A DNA stretch of 64,000 nt from Eledone cirrhosa (taxonomy: Eukaryota), in NCBI GenBank assembly GCA_964016885.1, contig OZ024756.1, forward strand, positions 11,966,001 through 12,030,000, written 5' to 3'. The notes beneath the pieces are model-generated. The model was given only the letters and a program-made list of their open reading frames with translations. It had not been told where the DNA came from and made no database searches. The stretch's first letter is position 1. Each line of letters begins with the position of its first letter. This document shows, piece by piece, positions 23,730-37,344 of the stretch. Position numbers and translations under genes: made by a program.

Positions 23730-24667
23730 CTGCTTTTCCTACTGTATCAAGCATTAAACTTGACACTACTTGGTAGAGTTTTGAGTGTGAAAGGAGTAAA
23801 CTGGTCATTCCACTCTTCCAAAACTACCTAAGACTTTTTGATGATAGGTTCCATAGCTCTCCAAGAAATCTTCTCTGCTATTTTTTAATACCATCACCAG
23901 AATTAATTGATGCTTAGAACCTTCTGGAAGGGTTCTCAAGCTAAACTCTTGAAATTTAAATTGCCAACTACTTTGTCTTCTAGGAGTTCTGGAAGCTGAG
24001 TGGGGAGAAAAAAATATTGTCAGGTTTACACATCTGTGGTGATGTTGTTGTTGTTGTTGTTTGTTGGTGGTGGTGGTGGTGGTGGTGGTGGTGGTGAAAG
24101 CATGATTGAGGTCAGTTGTTGTTGTTGTTGTTGTTGTTGTTATGGTGATTGGGGTGGTGAAAGTTATGAAGACTGCTGCTTTTGTAGTGGTGGTACTGTG
24201 ATGATGACGATGATGATGACGATGATGATGATGATATATTTGGGGTGGTGTTGGTGTCAACTGCAATTACAGTGATGACAATGATGATGATGGTGGTTAT
24301 TGTGTGCTGTAATGATAGTATTGCTTTGTTGACTGTAATAACAGTGTTGACAATGCTGCTGGTAGTGGTGCTATGACAACAACCATAATTTTAGTGCCAG
24401 GTGAAAGTAATGGTCGTTGTAATGATGGTGTTAATGATGATAGAGGTTTGAAAACAACTGGCCTGCAAGTTAGCTTTTAGAATCATATGAACCAGCAGAA
24501 ACACTAAAACCAATGCTTCCAAACCATTTCTGTGCGATGTGATGCAATTTTCTTGGTTCACCAAGCTTACACTTATCTCCAATTGTGAAACAACATCACA
24601 TTATATTTTGGATGAATTGTTGAGAGCACTTAATCACTTTTTCTAAGCTGAAGTGAATATAGTCAGT

Positions 24668-25302
24668 TTAACCTTTTACAATTCACATTACTCTATATTT
24701 ACTATTATATTTCCGTGGTAAAGGCTTTACTTCACATAATTATCTCACATAATATCAAATCTATGAGATTTTGATATTATTTATTTTGAGAAGGGTGGTA
24801 GATTGGCAGAAACGGTAGAGCGTCCGACACCATGCTTTCTAGCATAGTTACGTCCCTTTACAGTCTGAGTTCAAATCCCGCCGAGGTTAACTTTGCCTTT
24901 CATACTTACGGGGGTTGGTAAAATAAAGTACCAGTAATGTACTGGGTAATTGCTGGCCTTGTGCCTAAAGTAGAAACAGTTATTTATTTTGAGAACGGTG
25001 GATTGGCAGTATCGGTAGAGGGTCGGACGCCATGCTTTGATGCATAGAGTTACGGCCCTTGCCATTCTGAGTTCAAATCCCGCCGAGGTTAACTTTGCCT
25101 TTCATCCTTACGGGGTCAATAAAATAAGGTACCAGTAATGCACTGGGGGTAATAGCTGGCCTTGTGCCAAAAGTAGAAACAATTATTTATTTTGAGAACA
25201 ATACCTTAACATAAGTATGAGTGGCTGGTTTCAGCCAATTTGAACAGAAAGAGGTGAGAGAATTCTGGCCGGATTTTACCGGCTGAAATGCTAAAGAGTT
25301 AA
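24668..25302 (-). mobile_element. piggyBac-like MITE carrying two nested S2 SINEs (24794-24980, 24997-25183)
   Basis: TTAA ends. TTATTTATTTTGAGAA is repeated three times around the SINEs. Confidence 0.82.
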
Positions 25303-25554
25303 ATTGACCTTAGTATATTACTGGTATTGTGCAAATCAATGAGGAAGTCTATATTGTCACTCAACTTGTTAGAAACACCAGCCAAATTTCCTTTTTCGTA
25401 TCCTACTATCTATAAAAAAGAAGGATACATTGGATTTAATCGACTTTCCCCTCCCCCAAAAGTGCTGGCCTTGTGCCTATATAAGAAACCATTATTATTA
25501 TTATTATTACAGTTGCATTAATAATAATAATAATTTCTTCTTATTATTATTACA

Positions 25555-26510
25555 GTTGCATTTATCTTGCTTTATGTTCATACGAGTTATCACCAAGTCA
25601 CAACCAGTGACCTCAAGAGACAACAAGGTCCGCCATGTTCAAGAAAGAACGTACATACTCACACATGCATCTTTAGTGTTTAGACTTGTGATGTACTTAT
25701 ATTGACAGAATCTTCCTTAGTATATGGGATTTGCGATATGTAATCATTAGACCCCTTAGGTATCATTCCCAGAGCGCCTACAACCACTGGTATTGTTTTA
25801 GTTCTCAATTTCCACATTTTTCCAATTTCTATCTCCAGGTCCTTATACTTGCTCAATTTTTCAAATGTTTTTATAGATACATTCTTGTCTATTGGAACAG
25901 ACATATCAATTAGCAGGCATACCCTCTTTTGAAAGTCTTTCAATATTATATCAGGTCTGTTTGCATCTATTTTTCGGTCTGTTTGGATGCTAAAGTTCCA
26001 CAAGATTGAGATGTGATCTTTTTCAAGTATGGGGGGAGGTGGTTGATGCTCCCACCAATTCTTTTGATGGAGCAGGTCAAAATGCTTACACATTATCCAA
26101 TGTATGTATTGTGCAGCTCTGTCATGCCTGTTTAGGTATTCGGTTGGAGCTATAGTAATGCACATTGAAATTATATGTCAATGGTCTCTGGTTGTTTTTT
26201 GCATACACGGCATAATGGGCTGCACCCATTTTTTATTATGTTGGCTTGGTAATTTTTTGTTGGCAGACACTGATCTTGTGCCGATATAATCAGTCCTTCA
26301 GTCTCCGATTTCAGTCCAGAGGATGCCAACCACTGATGGGTTAAAGTTTTGTCAACATCAGGATTGTTAGCTCGCTCTGGGTATTTTCCATACAGAGGCT
26401 TTTCTTGCCATTTCTTAGCCAGTTTCTGTAGCAGTTCTTTCTTTGCAGTTACTTTTACCTGCTTTGCTTTTTCTGTGTTTTCCATTTCAGCAGTAAATGG
26501 GACTTCTTCT
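25555..26510 (-). pseudogene. R4/Dong-type LINE C-terminus (CCHC finger and PD-(D/E)xK RLE endonuclease)
   Basis: CRVCKKQPETID/HIISMC...RHD, RPDIIL...LIDMSVP...EKLSKYKDLEIEI...VVVGALG. Frameshift at about 26170. (TTA)n on both flanks. Confidence 0.9.
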
Positions 26511-26589
26511 TCTTATTATTATTATTATTATAAAACTCCAGGTGAACAAAAACAGCTTTACATCTGTTAAGAAAAAGTCGGTAGATTTT

Positions 26590-26838
26590 CAATCAACCAA
26601 CTTTCTTGAATATATATATGACAGTCGATTGACTTTCGTCAAATCGGACCGAGGAAACAATGTTTCCATTGGTCTTTCCAATTGCTAATACTATCTATCG
26701 GTCGTAACTCCAGGTAGAAGGAGCAACGTGAAATAGAGTGTCTTGCTCAAGGACATAACGCATCACCTGGTCCAGGAATCGAACTCATAACCTCACGATT
26801 GAGAGTTCAATTCTCTCACCACTCCGCCACGCGCCTTC
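26590..26838 (-). mobile_element. CORE-like tRNA SINE, different subfamily
   Basis: Head GAAGGCGCGTGGCGGAGTGG, B box GAGTTCGATTCC and CORE-like TCCTTGAGCAAGACACT. The tail differs from S1. Confidence 0.75.
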
Positions 26839-26869
26839 TGTGTGTGTGTAACAGAGTAATAGAGGTGTA

Positions 26870-27272
26870 TCATCATCATCATCATCACTGTTTTACGTCC
26901 GTTCTTCCACGCTAGCATGGGTTAGACAGGTTGTCCTGTTGTGGGCAGTGTCCGGTCGGCTGACCTTGTCTTGCTCATACAGGAACTGATTCTGGCTTGA
27001 TTTCTACAGCTGGATGCCCTTCCTAACACCAACCTCATTTACAGTGAGTGTTGGGTGCCTTTTTTTTCCGTGGCGCCTACACGTCCACTTTACAGTATGG
27101 GCTGGCTGCTTTTTTAGCCATGGCACCTCCACAACCACTTTGCAGAGTAAACTGGAGCAATGTGAAATAAAGTGTCTTGCTCAAGGAAACAACACATCAG
27201 CCGATCCGAGAATTGAACTCACAACCTTTCTATTGCAAGGCCAATGCTCTAACCACTAAGTCATGTGCCTTC
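26870..27272 (-). mobile_element. SINE S1 variant with a longer RTE-type tail
   Basis: S1 head and CORE block plus extended tail. Partial copy at 29645-29890. Confidence 0.85.
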
Positions 27273-27549
27273 ACTGTGTGTGTGTATATGAAACATTAAC
27301 AATATGTTTATGTGCAATAAACATATATATGCGTTCAACAAACATATATATCCATTCTAGTGCTACTGTTATTATATATATATGTATGCATGTATGTATA
27401 TTTATGTATGTAGAGGCACCTGTATATACTTACCTAAACCCAAACACATTTCACTTTCATAGACTGCTCGAGTGGTTTTTTTATCAGATTGGAGGGGGAA
27501 AATCAATACTCACCGAGTTTTATGTATATGGTTAGAAATGCAGTTATAT

Positions 27550-29222
<1,673 letters not shown>

Positions 29223-30158
29223 TTAGCAGTCTGTTTATTACAGCATATTCTAGTAGTTAACACGGAATCTATAAATATATATGTAGATTCTTGAGTTGTG
29301 TTGGTGTTAACCACTGTTAAAAGAGGTACTCAATATATTGTTAGAGTGTAGGCATCTTTATTATATATATATACAAGGCCAGCAATTACTCAGTACATTA
29401 CTGGTACTTTATTTTAGTGATAATGGTAATACTGATGGTGACGATGGTACTGATGGTGGTAGTGATGATGGCGGTGATTCTACTTTTGGCACAAGGCCAG
29501 CAATTACCCAGTGCATTACTGGTACTTTATTTTATCGACCCCCGTAATGCCAGACAGGAGCATATGAGCAGAGTCTGATCTATATCTTGTGAGAACATAA
29601 TAAACTTTGCCATGCAACCATGGAAAATAGATGTAAAATTGTGTATCATCATCATAATCACCGTTTTACGTCCGCTCTTCCACTCTAGCATGGGTTACAC
29701 GGGTTGTCCTGTTGTGGGCAGTGTCCGGTCGGCTGACCATGCCTTGCTCATATGGGAACTGATTCTGGCTTGATTTCTACAGCTGGATGCCTTTCCTAAC
29801 ACCAACCTCATTTACAGTGAGTGCTGGGTGCTTTTTTTTTTTCGTGGCACCTCCACATCCACTTTACAGTGTGGACTGGGTGCTTCTTTGCAGTGGGAGA
29901 GGGTGGTGGTATATTGTCTATATGCTTCAGCTTCGGCTTGTATCCGTGTGGGTCGTGTCTACCTTACAATATCTGCAATCTATTCTCTTTAATTATGGAG
30001 AACTAAGGCCAATAATTTTGAGGGAGGGAGAAAAGTTGATTATATTGATCCCAGTACTTAACTGGTACTTTATTTTAACAACCTCAGTAGGACTTGAAGT
30101 CAGAACACAGAGTACTGGAAGGAATACTGTAAAACATTCTGATGCCTTAATGATTCTA

Positions 30159-31313
30159 TTAACCCTTTAGTGTTCAAACCGGCCAGAATTCTCTACCTCT
30201 TTCTGTTGAAACTGGCTGTAACTGGTCACTCAAACTTATGTTAAGGTATTGTTCTCAAAATAAATACTTTCAAAATCTCATAGATTCGATATTATGTGAG
30301 ATAATTATGCAAGATAAAGCCTTTACCATGAAAATATAATAGTATATATAGAGTAATGTAAATGTTATGTGAGGTAAAGCCTTTACCATGAAAATATAAT
30401 AGTATATATAGAGTAATGTAAATGTTATGTGAGGTAAAGCCTTTACCATGAAAATATAATAGTATATATAGAGTAATGTAAATGTTATGTGAGATAATTA
30501 TGCAAGATAAAGCCTTTACCATGAAAATATAATAGTATATATAGAGTAATGTAAATGTTATGTGAGGTAAAGCCTTTACCATGAAAATATAATAGTATAT
30601 ATAGAGTAATGTAAATGTTATGAGAGATATTATGTGAGGTAAAGCCTTTACTGTGAAAATACAATAGTATATATAGAGTAATGTAAATGTTATGTGAGGT
30701 AAAGCCTTTACCATGAAAATATAATAGTATATATAGAGTAATGTAAATGTTATGTGAGGTAAAGCCTTTACCATGAAAATATAATAGTATATATAGAGTA
30801 ATGTAAATGTTATGAGAGATATTATGTGAGGTAAAGCCTTTACTGTGAAAATGCAATAGTATATATAGAGTAATGTAAATGTTATGTGAGGTTAAGCCTT
30901 TACCATGAAAATATAATAGTATATATAGAGTAATGTAAATGTTATGTGAGGTTAAGCCTTTACCATGAAAATATAATAGTATATATAGAGTAATGTAAAT
31001 GTTATGTGAGGTAAAGCCTTTACTGTGAAAATACAATAGTATATATAGAGTAATGTAAATGTTATGTGAGGTAAAGCCTTTACTGTGAAAATACAATAGT
31101 ATATATAGAGTAATGTAAATGTTATGTGAGGTAAAGCCTTTACTGTGAAAATACAATAGTATATATAGAGTAATGTAAATGTTATGTGAGGTAAAGCCTT
31201 TACTGTGAAAATACAATAGTATATATAGAGTAATGTAAATGTTATGTGAGGTAAAGCCTTTACTGTGAAAATACAATAGTATATATGGAGTAATATGAAT
31301 GTTAAAGGGCTAA
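30159..31313 (+). mobile_element. piggyBac-like MITE expanded by a 60-bp internal tandem repeat (about 16 copies)
   Basis: TTAACCCTTTAG start and GTTAAAGGGCTAA end. Successive 60-nt lines are in register. Confidence 0.9.
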
Positions 31314-31399
31314 TCTGCCACCATCTTACTGTCTGTTGAATGGTCTTTCTAGTCATAATTATGTTTTATTTATATTTAAATATATTGATGATTTCTGTT

Positions 31400-32194
31400 G
31401 AAACTCATGAATAATATGAAAAAAGACTTGGGAATAAAAGGACATTCAGCAGAATATGAGACGGGAAACAGAAATGTTAAGACAACAAGAAAGACGATTG
31501 CAACTTTCTGAAAGTATACAAAACCTGAGACAGGAAACAGAAAGATTAAGGCAAGAAGAAAGACTATTGCAACAAACAGAGGTTCAATGTGAAAATCACC
31601 AAGAGGCAATGACAGTTGCGATGCTAACTCTACGAGCACAAACGACTCTTCAAGGCAGAATAAACTGACTAAGAGCTGCGTTTTCATATGATCCATCGAA
31701 GAATTATAGAAATGAACCTAAAGTCGCGATTGGTAACATGGATATTACATTTGGTATGTGTTGCTTAGGAGGAAAGGTCAGACTTCCACTGATAGAGGAC
31801 CATCCGGCTTTTATTCATATACTACTTACAGACCGGACTAACGAAGCTAAACACTTCAGAAGCAATGTTATGCGGTATATTGCTGTGTTTAATATAACGT
31901 CTTTTGGAGCTGAAAAAGATCATACTGACTATGGTTATTTCACAACATTTAAAATCCAAGGCCAATTCTATATTTTAATTGGCAGTTTACTCAAATGCCT
32001 AATAAGGAAGTTTTATGATTCTCTCTCTCTCCCTCTCTCTTCCTCTCTCTCTCTCACATTACTGTCTCACTTCACACACATTACAGTCTCATCTCCTCAT
32101 ACTGTAAACCAGACAAGACATTCAATAGAGTCGTTTTCTCTTTTATCCATCTACTCTTAACTGTTCTCCCAGGCAAAACCAGGCACCTCAGCTA

Positions 32195-32196
<2 letters not shown>
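31400..32196 (+). mobile_element. Deleted Helitron: RepHel N-terminal fragment plus 3' terminus
   Basis: GMCCLGGKVRLP...HFRSNVMRY...TSFGA...TFKIQGQFY.LIGSLL is typical Helitron N-terminal sequence. 3' CCAGGCAAAACCAGGCACCTCAGCTAG|T. Confidence 0.8.
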
Positions 32197-32259
<63 letters not shown>

Positions 32260-32539
32260 CACAAGTAAAATGTATTGCTAGCTTTGTGCCAATGTTAGAA
32301 TGAGTTATTTCAATAGGTTCTGTGTCTTGTTGGATAATATTTCATTGCTATTTCTAGCATCTCAGATGACCACATAAAGCCTCTCCTGGTTGTTGTTGCT
32401 ACTGTTGTTGTTGTTGTTGTTGTTGTTTCAATCTCTTCTGTTCATCTTGCTCAGCCATTTCTCTCTTATTTATTCATTGATATTTCAAAGTTGATTTAAC
32501 GTTAATAACCACATTTGCATTTTTAGCCTCCCCTGGGTT

Positions 32540-33620
32540 CTGTCTGTGTGTGTATGCATATGTCTGTGTGTCTGTATGTGTATGTCTGTGTATGCGTATG
32601 TGTGTGTGTCTGTCTGTGTATGCGTATGTGTGTGTGTCTGTATGTGTATGTGTGTATGTCTGTGTGTCTGTATGTGTGTATGTCTGTGTATGCGTGTGTC
32701 TGTATGTGTGTATGTCTGTGTGTCTGTATGTGTGTATGTCTGTGTATGCGTATGTCTGTGTGTGCATATGTCTGTGTATGCGTATGTATGTGTGTATGTC
32801 TGTGTATTGCATATGTCTGTGTGTCTGTATGTGTATGTGTGTATGTCTGTGTATGTGTATGTCTGTGTATGCATATGTCTGTGTGTCTGTATGTGTATGT
32901 GTGTATGTCTGTGTGTCTGTATGTGTATGTGTGTATGTCTGTGTATGTGTGTATGTCTGTGTATGCATATGTATGTGTATGTGTGTATGTCTGTGTGTCT
33001 GTATGTGTATGTCTATGCGTATGTGTGTATGTCTATGTCTGTGTGTGTATTCGTATGTCTGTGTATGCGTATGTCTGTGTATGTGTATGTGTGTGTCTGT
33101 GTATTTGTATGTGTGTGTGTCTGTCTGTGTGTGCGTATGTGTGTGTCTGTATGTCTGTGTGTGTGCGTCTGTCTGTTGTGTATGCGTATGTGTGTGTGTC
33201 TGTATGTGTATGTGTGTATGTCTGTGTGTCTGTCTGTATGCGTATGTGTGTATGTCTGTGTGTCTGTATGCGTATGTGTGTATGTCTGTGTGACTGTATT
33301 TTGTATGCCTGTGTATGTGTATGTGTGTGTCTGTCTGTGTATGCGTATGTGTGTATGTCTGTGTGTCTGTATTTTGTATGTCTGTGTATGTGTATGTCTG
33401 TGTATGCGTATATGTGTATGTCTGTGTGTCTGAATGTGTATGCGTATGTGTGTATGTATGTCTGTCTGTCTGTCTGTGTATGCGTATGTGTGTGTCTGTC
33501 TGTGTATGCGTATGTGTGTATGTCTGTGTATGTATGTGTGTCTGTCTGTCTGTGTATGTGTGTGTCTGTCTGTGTATGCGTATGTGTGTGTCTGTATGTC
33601 TGTGTGTCTATGTGTATCTA
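32540..33620. repeat. Cryptic (TG)/(TGTA)/(TGTC) microsatellite
   Basis: Directly visible. Confidence 0.93.
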
Positions 33621-33876
33621 TCACTTTCTCCCTTCTCTCTCTATCTCACTCTCTCTCTCTCTCTTTTCCCTTCTACATTTTCTATCTCTCTGCTCTTGTT
33701 TCCTCTCCCCCTCCCTCATTTATCTATCCCTTCTCCGCCTCTTCTTTCCAACTCTCCTCTCTCTCTGCCTCCCCCCCCCCTCCCCATTCTTGTCATTCCT
33801 ATTTCTATCCCTAAAGTTCTAATGGCTAACCAAGTCATATAATTATTTAGATAGTTGCAACACACACATGAAAGCC

Positions 33877-33924
<48 letters not shown>

Positions 33925-33969
33925 GTACGGGGTTAACAGAACAGGGATGTGAGGATCACTTTATGGTCT

Positions 33970-34418
33970 GTCGGTTTTGAAGCAGGCCGGCCGTCAAATG
34001 TCGGTTTGGAAGCAGGCCGGCCGTCAAATGTCGGTTGAGTAGCAGGCCGGCCGTCAAATGTCGGTTTGGAAGCAGGCCGGCCGTCAAATGTTGGTTGAGT
34101 AGCAGGCCGGCCGTCAAATGTCGGTTGAGTAGCAGGCCGGCCGTCAAATGTCGGTTGAGTAGCAGGCCGGCCGTCAAATGTCGGTTGAGAAGCAGGCCGG
34201 CCGTCAAATGTCGGTTTGGAAGCAGGCCGGCCGTCAAATGTCGGTTGAGAAGCAGGCCGGCCGTCAAATGTCGGTTGAGAAGCAGGCCGGCCGTCAAATG
34301 TCGGTTTGGAAGCAGGCCGGCCGTCAAATGTCGGTTTGGAAACAGGCCGGCCGTCAAATGTCGGTTGAGAAGCAGGCCGGCCGTCAAATGTCGGTTGAGA
34401 AGCAGGCCAGCCGTCAAA
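33970..34418. repeat. 30-bp GC-rich minisatellite, about 15 copies
   Basis: Unit GCAGGCCGGCCGTCAAATGTCGGTT(TGGAA/GAGTA/GAGAA). Confidence 0.95.
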
Positions 34419-34539
34419 GAAACACCATTCATTAGACATTCGGCTGGCCTCCTGCATCATGAAAAGAAAATATTTTTCGGGGAAATTATTGGATTTTTTC
34501 CAAACTTTAAGGAACTTTCAATGTTTATTTTAGGTTTTG

Positions 34540-34597
34540 CTGTCTGAAGAGCTCAGGCTGTCATAACTGATAGCCCTCAGGGAAATATGTATCATGG
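34540..34597 (+). ncRNA. Type I hammerhead ribozyme, family H-F
   Basis: CTGT-CTGAAGA-gctca-GGCTGTCA taac TGATAGCC-ctcagg-GAAA-TATGTA-TC^-ATGG. AATAAA at about 34605, then (TA)n. Confidence 0.6.
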
Positions 34598-34861
34598 ACT
34601 TTTAAATAAACCTAAATCAACTGAATATGGCCTCTGATCTTTTATTAATATAAATATATATATATATATACACACACACATACCATTTATGTTGTGTGTT
34701 TTACCACTCAGTAGATCTGGTCATTCCACTTACCAAACTATGTTAAAGCACGTGACATTATACAAGTTATCCATCATAGATGTGGTATCTCGTGGTTGGT
34801 GCAGGAACAAAATTAAATTTTTATTTAAAAACAACAGAAAACTGGACTTGAAATATTCAAT

Positions 34862-35285
34862 TTAACCCTTTAGTATTTACATTACTCTATATATATACTA
34901 TTATATTTTCATGGTAAAGGCTTTACCTCACATAACATTTACATTACTCTATATATACTATTGTATTTTCATGGTAAAGGCTTTACCTCACATAATATCT
35001 CACATAACATTTACATTACTCTATATATACTATTGTATTTTCATGATAAAGGCTTTACCTCACATAATATCTCACATAACATTTACATTACTCTATATAT
35101 ACTATTATATTTTCATGGTAAAGGCTTTACCTCATATAATTATCTCACATAATATCGAATCTATGAGATCTTGCAAGTATTTATTTTGAGAACAATACCT
35201 TAACATCAGTTTGAGCGACAAGTTACAGCCAGTTTCAACAGAAAGAGGTAGAGAATTCTGGCCGGTTTGAACATTAAAGGGTTAA
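34862..35285 (-). mobile_element. piggyBac-like MITE with the same internal 60-72 bp duplication
   Basis: TTAA ends. Reverse complement of the 30159-31313 type. Confidence 0.87.
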
Positions 35286-35479
35286 TGTTGCAAAAACACA
35301 ATACTTATTTCAATGGCCTTGTCAGACACCATCAGAACATGACATAAAACTTTGGCGACGTCATCAGGTGTAGATTGCAAAATTAGTTAATTAATAACAA
35401 GATTACAGCAAACACAAATAGAGAATAGACTTGATTCAGAGATGTCTAGCCAAGGTTATTATGGGGAACCATCTCAATG

Positions 35480-36320
35480 ATGATTCAGACAACTTATTTC
35501 ATAATTTTTCATGGCTTTATAACAGGTTAGCTTCCATTTATTTTGATTCAATGCAAATTTTTTTTTTAAACTGTTCTAGAGGAATCATTGTTAACTTTCA
35601 GGTTAACTTTGACCTCAGTCACTATCTTCCTACATTTCTCCTTCTATCATGGAACTGGTTATACGTGAGCACTTTTGGAATCTTATTTTCTGTCATTCTC
35701 ACAATTCATTTAATTGAAATAGCAAAAGAAAGGATTCTCTGCCACCAACTTTAAATTTAGAGAATAGGTTAACATTTGGAATCCAGTCATTTAAGCCGTA
35801 TCCATAAATGGTCCAAAAACTTTGCTCGTGAAAGACATTAAATATGGTTAATATGTGATGAATAGGAGACTGAAGATTCTGATCTCCACCGGAGAGGGGA
35901 AAGGACTGCAGCTAGATTCCCTGTTCCTACCGATGACAAAGTTTGCTGAAAACATTTGTAGTTTTGGTTTTGACAATTTCATCAAGAGAGGCACTGGAGT
36001 TCACTCTACTCCCCAGATATGTTTCTAAATATTTCAGGTTTTTCCCCTCAGTGGGAGTAGGAGCAGTAGGGAGCTGATGAACTAGCTGTTGTTGTTTTAT
36101 AACTATGATTTGTTTGGGGTTTGGCCTTGACTGCTGGATACTTCAGTCTTTTTAATACTGATATTCAGACAAAAAAAAAGAATTTTACTCACATTAAATA
36201 TTTGATTTACAAGCTCTCGTGCTTCTTTGATAGATGTTACAACAAGTTACATGAGGAGTTAAACACCAATATACCCCAAACCAGCTCTATTAAATTCTTG
36301 AAATTTAATAGAGGTAGTTT
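35480..36320 (-). pseudogene. Old RTE-type LINE remnant (post-RT and C-terminal region)
   Basis: Patches EARELVNQIFN..LNISIKKTEV, DWIPNVNLF and VRMTENKIPKVLTY...RRNVGR. Many stops. Confidence 0.5.
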
Positions 36321-36344
36321 CATGCAGTATATCATCATTATCAT

Positions 36345-36532
36345 TGGTGGATTGGCAGTATTGGTAGAGGGTCGAACGCCATGCTTTCCAGCATAGTTAC
36401 GTCCCCTTACGATCTGAGGTCAAATCCCGCCGAGGTTGACTTTGCCTTTCATCCTTACGGGGTCGATAAAATAAAGTACCAATAATGCACTGGGTAATTG
36501 CTGGCCTTGTGCCTAAAGTAGAAACAATTATC
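36345..36532 (+). mobile_element. SINE S2
   Basis: Full copy. Confidence 0.9.
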
Positions 36533-37151
36533 ATTGTTGGACATCCTCTTTCCCTGCTAACAAGGGTTGGACAGGTCTACATAGACCAAGTCAGTACTGA
36601 AGTGGGCTGCTGACCTTCCAGACAGGCTGAGGAATCTGCATCTCACTTGCGTACGTTTTATTGAGTGCAGAAAAGTTGTAACTTTTGACACAACTAAAGG
36701 TTTCTCCCAGCTCTTTGTTTAGCAAGTTTTTTTTATGCCTGGAGGTCCTTCCTATCACCAACGATTTTACAGAGTGTACTAGGTGCTTTTATCGTGTAGG
36801 TCACCAAACACAAGGGGTGTATAAAGCAACCACCAAATGTTTCAGAGAAACATTCCACCAGTTGTCTCCATTCCACCATTTCTACCACTCTACATCTTTC
36901 TCATTCTCTCCTCTCTCTTTCTCATTCTCTATCACTCTCTCTCTATCTCTCACACACTCTCTATCTCCATCAATTTCTCCACATGGTTCTATATCAACTC
37001 AGTCGCCCCCCCCCCCCTCTCCTCCTCCTCTAATGTCCTTCACTCATCATTTCCATACATCTGTTAGCAACTCATAATTACAACCTTGCTGCTACTACTA
37101 CTATCATTAGTACCACTACTATCATTAGTACTACTACTACTACTACTATCG

Positions 37152-37183
<32 letters not shown>

Positions 37184-37344
37184 GTTGTAATTATATTCTC
37201 ATTCACTCCAGTGCAGATTATCACCAGCTGCTAAACAAAATCTGATTACTAATCTATTGGATTTTTTTTTTTACAGGTTTTTCTAATTAGGTTTGTTATT
37301 AAAAGAAACCAGTTTGAACAGACAGAAACCTTAACTCTTTCCTT

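Noticed and set aside
31456-31668. Coiled-coil-like 70-aa ORF (RRETEMLRQQERR...) as a host gene
   Set aside because: It is contiguous with the Helitron RepHel N-terminal fragment and is best explained as part of it.
33970-34418. CRISPR-like appearance of the 30-bp array (also the 38, 62 and 74-bp arrays)
   Set aside because: Head-to-tail units with no unique spacers, no cas genes and a eukaryotic context.
33933-34460. 175-aa (TFDGRPASKP)n ORF as a host gene
   Set aside because: Openness follows from a 30-bp stop-free unit. There is no splice context or homology, and it lies inside a TA-flanked element.
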